Below, piece after piece: positions 38,315 through 48,102 of a DNA stretch of 64,000 nucleotides; position 1 is the first letter of the stretch; each line of letters opens with the position of its first letter. The notes under the pieces were generated by a model. That model was given only the letters and a program-made list of their open reading frames with translations. It ran no database searches and had not been told where the DNA came from. The position numbers were made by a program, and so were the translations under genes. The stretch spans positions 757-64,756 of the forward strand of contig QBLU01000012.1 of NCBI GenBank assembly GCA_003241875.1. Reading direction: 5' to 3'. This stretch comes from Alphaproteobacteria bacterium (GTDB taxonomy: Bacteria; Pseudomonadota; Alphaproteobacteria; Sphingomonadales; Sphingomonadaceae).

Positions 38315-39757
38315 TCACGCCGCCGCCAGCCCGGCAAAGCGCGCCCGGCCGCCCATCAGGCGATTGAGCAGCAGCGCGACGGCGATGCAGGCGATGAGGG
38401 TCACCAGCATCAGGTGGATGTAATGGACGGGCGTCCACACCCAGGTGAAGACGGCGTAAAGCCCGACGCCGAAGCCTAGCGCGGCCATCACGGCACCGGC
38501 CTTGACGCCGCGGAACACCAGCCCGACGATGAAGGCCGACAGGATCGGCATCGACAGTAGGCCGTTGAGTTGCTGGACGAGGTTGATGATCGACACGGTG
38601 CCGGCATAGACCGGGACGAGCGCGATCGAGACGATGACGAAACCCACCGAAATCAGCGTGTTCAGCCGCCGCACATCGGGGTTGGCGTCGATATAGCTTT
38701 CGTGGATGTCGCAGACATACAGCGTCGTCGTCGAATTCAGGATCGACGTATAGTGGGTCAGCACCGCCGCGCACATGAAGGCGGCAAAGGCGCCCGACGC
38801 CCAGGCCGGCATGACCGCGGCGACGACCCGCCCATAGGTGGCATCGCCGGTGACGCCGAACAATTTATAGGCGGCGACACCCGGCAGCACGACGATGGCC
38901 GGCACGATCAGGATGCGGATGATGCCGGCGGCGAACACGCCCTTTTGGCCTTCGCGCAGATTGGGTGCCGCCATGGCGCGCTGGGTGATGGTCTGGTTGG
39001 TCGACCAGTAAAACATCTGGATGAAGATCATGCCGGTCAGCAGCGTCGGCCAGGGGATGGGGGAGTCTGGCCCGCCGGCCATGCTCAGGCGCTCGGCGGG
39101 GATGCCGTCGAACGACCAGCCGATCGCCGACATGGCGAGGAACACCACCGCCAGCGCGCTGCCGAGCACGCCGACGCCGGCGATCGTGTCGTAGACGGCA
39201 ACGGCGCGCAGGCCGCCCAATATGGCGTAGAGCGAGCCGACGATGCCGAGCGCCGCGGCCAACGGCAGCAGCGGCAGGTCGACCCCCGAGACGGTGCGCA
39301 GGAACAGCGCGCCGGTATAAAGCGCGATCGGCAGGTAGATGAGGATGTTGCCGGCGAGGAACAGGGCAGAGACCAGCGCGCGCAGATGCTTGGAGCCGTA
39401 TTTCTTCTGCAGCAGCTCGGTCGTCGTCGTGCAGTTGTTGCGATAATAGATCGGCAGGAAGATCAGCGCCAGCATGGCGAGCCCCGCCACCGCTGACAGC
39501 TCCCACCAGGCCAGCAGCAGCATCTGGTTGCCGTTCATGCCGACCAGTTGCTCGGTCGACAGGTTGGTGAGCGTGATCGAGCCGGCGATGAACGGCCAGG
39601 TCAGGCCGCCGCCGGCGAGGAAGAATTCGCGATTGCTGTTGGTGCCGCGGCCGCCGGTCTCGCCCGCCGCGCGCGCCATACGGCGGGTCTGCCACCAAGT
39701 CGCCGCCGCCATCAGCACGGTCAGCGCTGCGAACACACCGATCTGCACGCTATTCAA
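38315..39757 (-). CDS. Sodium:solute symporter (SLC5/SSS) family transporter
   Basis: EFFLAGGGL; SITLTNLSTEQLVG; YWSTNQTITQRAMAA; SILNSTTTL; about 13 TM segments. Confidence 0.9.
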   Translation of the reverse strand: MNSVQIGVFAALTVLMAAATWWQTRRMARAAGETGGRGTNSNREFFLAGGGLTWPFIAGSITLTNLSTEQLVGMNGNQMLLLAWWELSAVAGLAMLALIFLPIYYRNNCTTTTELLQKKYGSKHLRALVSALFLAGNILIYLPIALYTGALFLRTVSGVDLPLLPLAAALGIVGSLYAILGGLRAVAVYDTIAGVGVLGSALAVVFLAMSAIGWSFDGIPAERLSMAGGPDSPIPWPTLLTGMIFIQMFYWSTNQTITQRAMAAPNLREGQKGVFAAGIIRILIVPAIVVLPGVAAYKLFGVTGDATYGRVVAAVMPAWASGAFAAFMCAAVLTHYTSILNSTTTLYVCDIHESYIDANPDVRRLNTLISVGFVIVSIALVPVYAGTVSIINLVQQLNGLLSMPILSAFIVGLVFRGVKAGAVMAALGFGVGLYAVFTWVWTPVHYIHLMLVTLIACIAVALLLNRLMGGRARFAGLAAA

Positions 39758-39845
39758 CTGGCGCCCCCCTGAATTTTGCCCGCCGGCTTTGCCTGCAAAG
39801 TTGCACGCCGGCGGCGGTCGCGCTAGGTGCGGCGACGGCTGGTCG

Positions 39846-39921
39846 GGGCGATTAGCTCAGTTGGTAGAGCGCTTCCTTTACACGGAAGATGTCGGCGGTT
39901 CGAGCCCGTCATCGCCCACCA
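39846..39921 (+). tRNA. tRNA-Val (TAC)
   Basis: GGGCGAT acceptor stem pairs with ATCGCCC; anticodon arm CTTCC-TTTACAC-GGAAG; TTCGAG T-loop; encoded CCA. Confidence 0.97.
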
Positions 39922-40186
39922 GGCGTCCGACCAGAGCGTCGAGGGCCTGTCCGAGAGCCTGTCCCAGAGCCTGTCATAGTGTTGCTGCAGCGCAACAACG
40001 GCCGACCAATTGCAGCCGAAAATGCGCTGCCGCCACCAATGTCACAATCGCATTATGGCGCTGCAACAAATCCGTCATATAGCGCGCCCAAAGGGACCAT
40101 AACGAGTCGGGGCAGACGAGTCCGGTCCAGTTTGCTCGTCACATTTGCTTGTCATCTTGCCATCTTCGAACAGGGGTTTTCCGTCC

Positions 40187-43100
40187 ATGCGTCATCTTCG
40201 TATCGGTTGTGCCATCGCGGCACTGGTCGCCCCGGTTGCAATTCACGCCCAGGAAACCGCCTCGGCGATTCGCGGCCAGGTCAACACCAGCGCCGGCGCG
40301 CCGGTCGCCAATGCGACGGTCGTCATCACCCACACCCCGTCGGGCACCCGCACCACGCAGACGACCGATGCCAGCGGCGGCTTCAATGCCACCGGCCTGC
40401 GTCTCGGCGGCCCGTACAGCGTCGCCGTCACGGCCGATGGCTTTGACCCCGCCGACGAAACCGTGGCCAACCTCGCCGCCGGCACGCCGCAGCGCCTCGA
40501 AGTCATCCTCGCCAACGTCGGTGAGACACTGGTCGTTTCCGCTAGCCGCCAGCGCTCGTCGATCACCATTGCCAGCGGTCCTGCCACGGTGCTGACGGCG
40601 GAGGACATTCGCGGCATTTCCACCGTCAATCGCGATATCCGCAACCTGGCCGTGCGCAATCCGCTGGTCTCGCTGGATCCCAGCAACGGCGGCGCCATCT
40701 CGATTGCCGGCCAGAACAACCGTTTCAACCGCATCACCGTCGATGGCATCCAGTTCGGCGACCCGTTCGGCCTCGAAGCCGGCGGCCTGGCTTCGGCCCG
40801 CGGCCCGGTACCGCTCGATGCCATTGCCGAGTTTTCGGTCGAAGTCGCACCGGTCGATATCCAGCAGGGCGGCTTCCAGGGCGGCGCCATCAATACCCAG
40901 CTGAAATCGGGCGGCAATGATTTCACCGCGCAGGGCTTCTTCACCTATTCGTCGGACAGCCTCGCCGGCTCCAAGACCCGCGGGATCGATCGCCCGCGCG
41001 ACTTTGAATCGAAGATCTTCGGTGCCCAGCTGACCGGTCCGATCATCAAGGACAAGCTATTCTTCGCGGTCACCTGGGAACGGCTGCGTGACGCGACGCC
41101 GTCAGCGGTGCAGGCTATCGACTTGGGTATCAGCCAGACCGAAATCGACCAGATCAACTCGATCGCCGACAGCCGCTATAACTTCGATGCTGGCCAGGTC
41201 GCGGACAATGTCGAAGAGCGCGACGACAAGGTCGTCGCCAAGATCGACTGGAACATCGCCGACGGCCACCGCGCCGCCTTCACCTATATCTACAACGAGG
41301 GCAATCTGCTCGCCGGCCAGACCGGCACGAATGAAATCAGCAACCCTAACCCGACCTTGGCGCTCTTCTCCAACAACTATAACCAGGGCTCCGTCAACCA
41401 TTACGGCGTCTTCCAGCTCAACGACCAGTGGAGCGACAGTTTCTCGACCCAGCTGCGCGTTAGCTACAATGACTACGTCCGTCTGCAGGAGCCGTTCGGC
41501 CAGAAGGATTTCGGCCAGTTCCAGGTCTGCCTGCGTCCGGGGTTGACCACCGGTTCGGCCAACCCGGCCTGCCCGCAGAGCGGCACGGGTGTTGCTGCGG
41601 TTCGTCGCATCCAGTTCGGCCCTGATGCTTCACGCCAAGCCAACGAGCTTTCGGCGCAGACGCTGGGCATCGAGTTTCAGGCGCAGCTGAAGATGAACAA
41701 TCATACCGTCAAGTTCATCGCGGAACGCCGCGGCCAGGATTTCAACAACCTGTTCGCGCAGAACGTCTCGGGGAGCTTCCGCTTCGACTCTATCGACGAC
41801 CTTGCAGCCGGTCGCGCCAACCAGTTGGTGTACTCGGCACCGCTGCGTGGTGATATCGACACCGTGCGCGCGCTGTTCTCCAACAATGTTTACACTTTCG
41901 GCCTGCAGGATGTGTGGGATGCGACCGACACGCTGACCCTGACCGCCGGCTTCCGCTGGGACCTGTACCAGACTCCCGACCGGCCGCTGTTCAACGCCAA
42001 TTTCCTGGCGCGCCAGGGCTTTGCCAACAATGCTTCGCTGAACGGCCGCCAGGTCTTCCAGCCGCGGGTTGCGGCATCCTGGAAAGCCAGCGACAGGCTG
42101 CGCGTCCGTGGTACCGCCGGCCTGTTTGCCGGTGGCAACCCCAACGTCTGGATATCGAACAATTATTCGAATCCTGGCCCAACACTGGGCACGGCCACGG
42201 TGGCGCGCGCCCTCAACGGCACCTTTGCAATCACCGGCGTCAACACCGCCGGCCTGACCCCAGCGCAGATTCAAGCCCTTGGCGCGGCGACGCTGAACGG
42301 TGTCAGCGGTGGCACCGGCGTTCCCGAGGCGCTGCGTGCCCTCATCACCGGCGCCGGCTCGGCGGCGGCGACGACCAACTCGCTCGACCCCAATTTCCAG
42401 ATCCCGTCGCAGTGGCGCGTGTCGGGTACCGTCGATTATGCCGCGAACCTCGGCTTCCTTGGTGACGACTGGAACTTCGGTGCCGATGTCGTCTGGTCGC
42501 GGGTCAAGAATGCATTGACTTATACCGACCTGCGCTCGGTACCGAACACGGTGCAGGGCACGACGCCCGACGGCCGGGCGCGCTACCAGGCCTTCGACAT
42601 CAGCGCCGGCTCCAACACCGACCTGTTCCTGACCAACACCGACCGGGGCTACAGCTGGAATATTGTCGCGCGCGTCGACAAGAGCTGGGAAAACGGCTTC
42701 TTCATGGGCGCTGCCTATACCTTCCAGCGTTCCAAGGACGTGAACTCGGGCACCTCGTCGACGGCGGGCTCCAACTATGGGAACGCCGCGTCAGGCTTCG
42801 ATCCCAACAACGGGGCTTATGGCACGTCCAACTATCAGGTTGATGACGCCTATCGCCTGAACGTCGGTTTCGACAAGGAGCTGTTCGGCGACAACAAGAC
42901 TCGGATCGAGCTGTTCTTCAACAGCCGCGCCGGTCAGCGCTTCAGCTACACTTTTGCCGACAACACCACCAACCCTGCCACGAGCAATCGCTCGGCAGTG
43001 TTCGGAACACAGTCGTTCAACAATCGCTACCTCATCTATGTGCCCAATGTGTCATCACCGACCGCCGATCCGCTGGTTCAGTACCAGGGCGAAATTCGCA

Positions 43101-43564
43101 ATGCGCAAGGCGTCGTCACCACGCCTGCGTTCGACTTCGCCAGCTTCCAGCAGATTGTCCAGAACGGTCCGCTTGCCAAATACCAAGGGCAGATCGCGCC
43201 GAAGAACATTGGCCGTGCGCCGCGGTTCAACAAGCTTGACCTTTCGATCAAGCAGGAGCTGCCTTTCATCATCGGTGGCAAGATGGAAGTTTTCGCCGAC
43301 ATGGAAAACGTGCTGAACTTTATCGACAGCAACTGGGGCTCGCTGCGTCAGGTAGCGTTCCCCTATTATGGCACGCTGGTGAACGTCGGCTGCGTGCCGA
43401 CTGGTGCACTCAACACGGCACCGGTGAACACGGCGCCGAGCCAGGCTTGCGGCCAATATCGGTACAGCAATCGTTCGGGTTCGACGGTGACCGAGCCTGC
43501 GCAAGCGTTGATCCAGAACCCGTCGCTCTGGGGTATCCGGGTCGGCGCTCGGGTGCGGTTCTAA
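40187..43564 (+). CDS. TonB-dependent receptor, Oar-like, with carboxypeptidase-regulatory-like N-terminal domain
   Basis: Signal peptide; IRGQV...GLRLGGPYSV; NRFNRITVDG; GGAINTQLKSGGN; C-terminal GIRVGARVRF. Confidence 0.92.
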   Translation: MRHLRIGCAIAALVAPVAIHAQETASAIRGQVNTSAGAPVANATVVITHTPSGTRTTQTTDASGGFNATGLRLGGPYSVAVTADGFDPADETVANLAAGTPQRLEVILANVGETLVVSASRQRSSITIASGPATVLTAEDIRGISTVNRDIRNLAVRNPLVSLDPSNGGAISIAGQNNRFNRITVDGIQFGDPFGLEAGGLASARGPVPLDAIAEFSVEVAPVDIQQGGFQGGAINTQLKSGGNDFTAQGFFTYSSDSLAGSKTRGIDRPRDFESKIFGAQLTGPIIKDKLFFAVTWERLRDATPSAVQAIDLGISQTEIDQINSIADSRYNFDAGQVADNVEERDDKVVAKIDWNIADGHRAAFTYIYNEGNLLAGQTGTNEISNPNPTLALFSNNYNQGSVNHYGVFQLNDQWSDSFSTQLRVSYNDYVRLQEPFGQKDFGQFQVCLRPGLTTGSANPACPQSGTGVAAVRRIQFGPDASRQANELSAQTLGIEFQAQLKMNNHTVKFIAERRGQDFNNLFAQNVSGSFRFDSIDDLAAGRANQLVYSAPLRGDIDTVRALFSNNVYTFGLQDVWDATDTLTLTAGFRWDLYQTPDRPLFNANFLARQGFANNASLNGRQVFQPRVAASWKASDRLRVRGTAGLFAGGNPNVWISNNYSNPGPTLGTATVARALNGTFAITGVNTAGLTPAQIQALGAATLNGVSGGTGVPEALRALITGAGSAAATTNSLDPNFQIPSQWRVSGTVDYAANLGFLGDDWNFGADVVWSRVKNALTYTDLRSVPNTVQGTTPDGRARYQAFDISAGSNTDLFLTNTDRGYSWNIVARVDKSWENGFFMGAAYTFQRSKDVNSGTSSTAGSNYGNAASGFDPNNGAYGTSNYQVDDAYRLNVGFDKELFGDNKTRIELFFNSRAGQRFSYTFADNTTNPATSNRSAVFGTQSFNNRYLIYVPNVSSPTADPLVQYQGEIRNAQGVVTTPAFDFASFQQIVQNGPLAKYQGQIAPKNIGRAPRFNKLDLSIKQELPFIIGGKMEVFADMENVLNFIDSNWGSLRQVAFPYYGTLVNVGCVPTGALNTAPVNTAPSQACGQYRYSNRSGSTVTEPAQALIQNPSLWGIRVGARVRF

Positions 43565-43963
43565 GCCGAAGCGCGGCCACGCGTAGCGAGACGATTGCGC
43601 AGCAATCGCCTGCTACGCGCGGACTCGCGCAAGGCCGGACGGCGAGCGAAAGAGGGCGCCCCAGCAGGGGCGCCCTTTTTTGACTCGTCCGACGGCGCGG
43701 CCTGGCCGCGTTCTTTCTGGCTTTGTTCACTGAGGCGCCGCGGACTCGGCGGCTCGGCCGCCGGCCGCATCCCCAGCGCTATTTGGAAGTCACGAAGGCA
43801 GGAAGTCACGAAGGCAGGAAGCGCATGGGCAAAGCCCATGCTGGCGTCGGACGGGTTCGGTCGGGGTACCCGACCGCCCCGCCGGCCGGTCTTGCGCGAG
43901 TCCGCGCGCAGCAGCGAATTGCTGCGCAATTCTGCCGCTGCGCGTGGCCGCGCTGCGCCTTAA
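43562..43963. repeat. ~400-bp intergenic element with ~85-bp imperfect inverted arms, internal terminator hairpin and 16-bp tandem repeat
   Basis: Left arm from 43562 (AGCGCGGCCACGCG...GCGCGGACTCGCGCAAG) is mirrored up to 43963; AAAGAGGGCGCCCC...GGGGCGCCCTTTTT hairpin near 43650-43681; GGAAGTCACGAAGGCA x2.3 at 43785-43821. Confidence 0.75.
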
Positions 43964-44436
43964 TCCACCGGCACCCCCGGCCGGCTCAGCGCCGTCCTGA
44001 TCACGAAACTCGTCTTGACGCTCTCGACATTCGGCGCCGGGGTCAGCGCGCTGGTCAGGAACTTTTGGAACTCCTGCAGGTCATGCGCGACGACCTTGAG
44101 GATGAAATCAATCTCGCCGTTGAGCATGTGGCATTCGCGGACCTGGGGCAGGGCGGCGACATGGTCCTCGAAGGCCTTGAGGTCGGCCTCGGCCTGGCTG
44201 CGCAGCGACACCATCGCGAACACGGTGATGCCATAGCCCAGCGCCTGGGCGTCGAGATCGGCGTGATAGCCGTGGATGGTGCCGTTTTCCTCCAGCGCCC
44301 GCACGCGGCGCAGGCAGGGCGGCGCGGTCAGCCCGGCGCGTTCGGCGAGCTCGACATTGGTGATGCGTCCCTCGGCTTGCAGATGGCGGAGAATGACACG
44401 GTCGATATCGTCGATTGGCAACCTTGAACGGTGCAT
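43960..44436 (-). CDS. Lrp/AsnC-family transcriptional regulator
   Basis: IDDIDRVIL.HLQAEGRITNVELA; PCLRRVRALEE; ECHMLNGEIDFILKVV. Confidence 0.95.
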   Translation of the reverse strand: MHRSRLPIDDIDRVILRHLQAEGRITNVELAERAGLTAPPCLRRVRALEENGTIHGYHADLDAQALGYGITVFAMVSLRSQAEADLKAFEDHVAALPQVRECHMLNGEIDFILKVVAHDLQEFQKFLTSALTPAPNVESVKTSFVIRTALSRPGVPVD

Positions 44437-44598
44437 CCGTGAAACTCCACGTCTCTGTAATGACCTTGCTCAATAACAATATTACCGAAACGCGCAAGTC
44501 TGCTTGTCCAATATAAGCTGGGATGCGACCGTCGCGGGGGGTGCAAAATGTTGCGCCAGCGACTAACTACAGGGCTGTCCAACGCAGGAAAATCGACC

Positions 44599-45603
44599 GT
44601 GCCCGAAACCCGTCATGTCCGTGTCTTGATCATCGGCTCCGGCCCCGCCGGCTATACCGCCGCGGTCTATGCCGCCCGTGCGGCGCTTAACCCGGTGCTC
44701 ATCCAGGGGTTGCAGCCCGGCGGCCAGCTGACCATCACCACCGAGGTCGAGAACTGGCCCGGCGACACCAGCGTGCAGGGCCCCAACCTGATGGTGCGTA
44801 TGGCCGAACAGGCGGCGCATGTCGGCACCGAACTGGTCAGCGACATCGTCACCCGCGTCGACACCAGCCGGCGGCCGTTCAGCGTCGAGACCGATTCGGG
44901 CCAGACCTGGCTTGCCGACACGCTGATCATCTGCACCGGCGCCCAGGCGCGCTGGCTCGGCATTCCTTCGGAAACGCGGTTTCGCGGCTTCGGCGTGTCG
45001 GCCTGCGCGACCTGCGACGGTTTCTTCTTCCGCAATCGCACCGTGGTCGTCGTCGGCGGCGGCAACACCGCGGTCGAGGAGGCGATGTTCCTGACCAATT
45101 TCGCGTCGAAGGTGCATCTCGTCCATCGCCGCGACGAACTGCGCGCCGACAAGACCAACCAGGCGCGGCTGTTCGCCAACCCCAAGATCGAGATGCACTG
45201 GAACGCCGAGATCGCCGAGGTCGAGGGCAGCGCCGATCCGCTGACCGTGACGGGCGTCGTGCTGCGCGATACCGGCACCGGCGCCACCCGGCCGCTGGCG
45301 GCGGACGGCCTGTTCATCGCCATCGGTCATGTCCCGGCGACCGAGCTGTTCGTCGGCCAGCTGGCGATGGACGACGAGGGCTATCTGATCACCGCGCCCG
45401 ATTCGACCGCGACATCGGTGCCCGGCGTGTTTGCCGCCGGCGATGTGAAGGACAAGATCTACCGCCAGGCGGTGACGGCGGCGGGCATGGGCTGCATGGC
45501 GGCGCTGGAGGCGGAACGCTTCATGGCGCACGGGCTGCACGGTGCCAACGGCGTCGACGAGGAGGCGCTGGACGCAGCCGATGTGGACGCAGCGGCGGCG
45601 TGA
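44599..45603 (+). CDS. trxB: Thioredoxin-disulfide reductase
   Basis: IIGSGPAG; GGQLTITTEVENWPG; SACATCDG; GGGNTAVEEA; YRQAVTAAGMGC. Start probably GTG 44599. Confidence 0.96.
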   Translation: MPETRHVRVLIIGSGPAGYTAAVYAARAALNPVLIQGLQPGGQLTITTEVENWPGDTSVQGPNLMVRMAEQAAHVGTELVSDIVTRVDTSRRPFSVETDSGQTWLADTLIICTGAQARWLGIPSETRFRGFGVSACATCDGFFFRNRTVVVVGGGNTAVEEAMFLTNFASKVHLVHRRDELRADKTNQARLFANPKIEMHWNAEIAEVEGSADPLTVTGVVLRDTGTGATRPLAADGLFIAIGHVPATELFVGQLAMDDEGYLITAPDSTATSVPGVFAAGDVKDKIYRQAVTAAGMGCMAALEAERFMAHGLHGANGVDEEALDAADVDAAAA

Positions 45604-46520
45604 ACCTCGACTGGGAAAAGCTGCGCCTGTTCGAGCTGGTCGCCGAGGCCGGCAGCTTTACCGAGGCGGCGCGGCGCCTGCACATGAGCCAGCCGGCGCT
45701 GAGCCGCCAGATCGGCGCGCTCGAGGACCAGATCGGCGCCAAGCTGTTCCATCGCCACGCCCGCGGCCTCGCCATGACCCACGAGGGCGAGCAGCTGCGC
45801 GCCGCCACCCACGACATGCAGGACCGGCTGGAGCGGACGCGCCAGGCCATCGATGCCTCGCGCGACCGGCCGACGGGCGAGATCCGGCTGACCACCACGG
45901 TCAGTTTCGGCTCCACATGGCTGGCGCGGCAGCTCGGCGATTTTCTCGACCTTTATCCCGACATCAACGTCAGCCTGCACCTGACCGATCTCGACGTCGA
46001 CCTGGCCAAGCGCGAGGCCGATGTGGCGATCCGGTTCCACCTGCCGTTCCAGGCCGAGCTGGTGCAGAAGCCGCTGCTGCCGATCCGGCATTTCCTGTGC
46101 GCGTCGCCGGACTATCTCTCCCGCCATGGCGTGCCCAAGACCGTTGCCGACCTCGATGCCCATCGCCTGATCGCCTATGGCGACACCGCGCCCGAGTTTC
46201 TGAAGGGCATCAACTGGGCGCTGCAGCTTGGCCATGAAGGCGCCCCGCGCACCGCGGCGCTGACCATCAACAACAGCCATGGCGTGCTGCAGGCGGTGGA
46301 GGCAGGCGCCGGGATCGCCGCGCTGCCGAGCTATCTCATCCGCTTTTCAGGCAGGGTGAAGGTCGTGCTGCCGGAAATCGAAGGCGCGGTGTTCCGCACC
46401 TATTTCACCTATCCGGTCGAGCTGCGGCGATCGCTGCGCGTCGCGGCGCTGCGCGATTTCCTCGTCGAGCGGATGACGCCCGCGAATCTCGATATCGATG
46501 GTCACGCGCTGGGCGCATGA
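45600..46520 (+). CDS. LysR-family regulator, LsrB/VtlR-like by sequence and trxB linkage
   Basis: LDWEKLRLF..VAEAGSFT.AA...SQPA.SRQI HTH; LFHRHARGL; GTGA overlap with trxB. Confidence 0.92.
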   Translation: MNLDWEKLRLFELVAEAGSFTEAARRLHMSQPALSRQIGALEDQIGAKLFHRHARGLAMTHEGEQLRAATHDMQDRLERTRQAIDASRDRPTGEIRLTTTVSFGSTWLARQLGDFLDLYPDINVSLHLTDLDVDLAKREADVAIRFHLPFQAELVQKPLLPIRHFLCASPDYLSRHGVPKTVADLDAHRLIAYGDTAPEFLKGINWALQLGHEGAPRTAALTINNSHGVLQAVEAGAGIAALPSYLIRFSGRVKVVLPEIEGAVFRTYFTYPVELRRSLRVAALRDFLVERMTPANLDIDGHALGA

Positions 46521-46562
46521 GCACGCCATGCGGCCGCGAGCCCCATGCGCTGGACGGCCGTT

Positions 46563-46577
46563 ATGCGCTGGGCGCAT
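46563..46577. promoter_or_regulatory. LysR-type T-N11-A palindromic box about 65 bp upstream of the predicted sRNA start
   Basis: ATGCGC-TGG-GCGCAT, with partial copies near 46504 and 46545; promoter-like TGCACA-N17-TAATTA at 46601-46629. Confidence 0.6.
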
Positions 46578-46634
46578 GGCTGGGCTGCATTATTGTGCGG
46601 TGCACAATCATGAACCGAAAGCCTAATTAAACCG

Positions 46635-46826
46635 TGTGGCCGTCACCGACGGCGCTACATCCGGCAATGTCCTCCCCGACATGCGGATGCATGGTTACCG
46701 CGGCCGCCCTCCCCTGATTGGCCCCGGTGACCGACCCGCGCGCCGGCACCCCTTCCCCCCTCGGGTCAGGCGCCGCGGGTCACATATTCGGGCCGGGCCT
46801 GCCATGCGCAGGCCCGGCCCTTTTTT
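46635..46826 (+). ncRNA. Candidate trans-acting sRNA with three C-rich anti-Shine-Dalgarno loops (AbcR/alpha-r15- or cuckoo-like)
   Basis: Hairpins with loops CTCCCC (46672-77), CCCTCCCC (46707-14) and CTTCCCCCC (46752-60); strong terminator 46790-46826 with T6. Confidence 0.65.
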
Positions 46827-46910
46827 GTGTCCGGCCCCGATCGGGGTGATCGGTCGAAAGCTATGGTTGCCCCGTCACCGCTTGATGCGCTACGCCGTCG
46901 CGGCCGGGCC

Positions 46911-46984
46911 GGGCCTGTAGCTCAACGGTAGAGCCGGCCGCTCATAACGGCTAGGTTGGGGGTTCGAATCCCTCCGGGCCCACC
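46911..46984 (+). tRNA. tRNA with CAT anticodon (probably Ile2/lysidine type, alternatively elongator Met)
   Basis: GGGCCTG/CGGGCCC acceptor stem; GGCCG-CTCATAA-CGGCT anticodon arm; TTCGAAT T-loop; ends ACCG, so CCA is not fully encoded. Confidence 0.9.
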
Positions 46985-46986
46985 GG

Positions 46987-48018
46987 TTGTTGCTGAAGGA
47001 GTGGCCCCTGTCCGACCTGCCGCCAACTGCCCCGCCGGTGGCCGATGCCCTGCGCGGTGATGCGGCGCCGCCGCGGGCCAATCTGAAGCAATGGCTGGGG
47101 GCGCTGCTCGGCCTGGTCGTGCTCGGCCTGGCGATCTGGGGCCTCAACATGATCGCCGGGCAGGTGACGCTCGAGGAGATCATGGCCGATGTCCGCGCGA
47201 CGCCGAGCCACCTGATCGTCGCCGCGGCGCTGTCGGCGGCGGCGTCCTATGTCGTCCTCGTCGGCTATGACTGGCTGGCGACGCGGCATCTCGGCTATGA
47301 ACTGCCCTGGTCGACGCTGGCGGCGGCGAGTTTCGCCAGCTTCACGATGAGCCACACGCTGGGGGTGACGGTGCTGACCGGCGGCACCGTCCGCTATCGC
47401 ATCTATACCCGCGCCGGGGTGCGCGCCGCCGATATCGCCATGATCATCCTGTTGTGCGGCTGGACCTTCTGGCTCGGCATCGTCGCCGTCGCCGGGCTGG
47501 GGCTGGTCATCTCGCCCGACCTGGCGACGCCGTTCAAGGACCTGGCGCCGAGCGCCGAGCGCTGGGCGGGCGCCATCCTGCTCGCCGGCACGCTCGGCTA
47601 CCTGGCGCTGGCGGCGCTGTGGCGGCGCGAATTCCGGGTGTGGCGGTACACATTCTATATCCCCGATGGCCGCGAGACGGTGCTGCAGATCGTCGTCGGC
47701 GCCATCGACCTGGCCTTTGCCGGCGGTGCGCTCTATCTCCTGCTGCCCGACACCGGGGCGCCGGGGCTGCTGACCTTCCTGACCATCTATGCCGTCGCCA
47801 TGGTCGTCGGCGCGCTCAGCCACTCGCCGGGCGGGCTCGGCGTGTTCGAAGGCGTCATCCTGCTGCTGATGCCCGAGGCACCCAAGGCCGGAGTGCTGGC
47901 GGCGCTGGTGATGTTCCGGCTGATCTACACCTATATCCCGTTCCTGCTCGGCCTGCTGGTTATTGCCGTCACCGAATGGCAGGCGCTGCGGGCGCGTCGC
48001 CGAAATGCGATGACCTGA
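46987..48018 (+). CDS. MprF flippase-like / lysylphosphatidylglycerol synthase TM-domain protein (start uncertain)
   Basis: GYDWLA; LTGGTVRYRIY; SHSPGGLGVFE; FRLIYTYIP; no cytoplasmic aminoacyl-transferase domain. Confidence 0.8.
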   Translation: MLLKEWPLSDLPPTAPPVADALRGDAAPPRANLKQWLGALLGLVVLGLAIWGLNMIAGQVTLEEIMADVRATPSHLIVAAALSAAASYVVLVGYDWLATRHLGYELPWSTLAAASFASFTMSHTLGVTVLTGGTVRYRIYTRAGVRAADIAMIILLCGWTFWLGIVAVAGLGLVISPDLATPFKDLAPSAERWAGAILLAGTLGYLALAALWRREFRVWRYTFYIPDGRETVLQIVVGAIDLAFAGGALYLLLPDTGAPGLLTFLTIYAVAMVVGALSHSPGGLGVFEGVILLLMPEAPKAGVLAALVMFRLIYTYIPFLLGLLVIAVTEWQALRARRRNAMT

Positions 48019-48102
48019 GTGAAGCCTATCTATTCATTGGGTTAGTACGGGTATAAGCGGATGCCGGCATGTCGCGGGGGCGGCGACGTGGTGGGGGCGA
48101 CC

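Noticed and set aside
39846-43564. Integrative element or prophage at tRNA-Val
   Set aside because: No integrase, no duplicated tRNA 3' end (attR) and no phage genes in the window.
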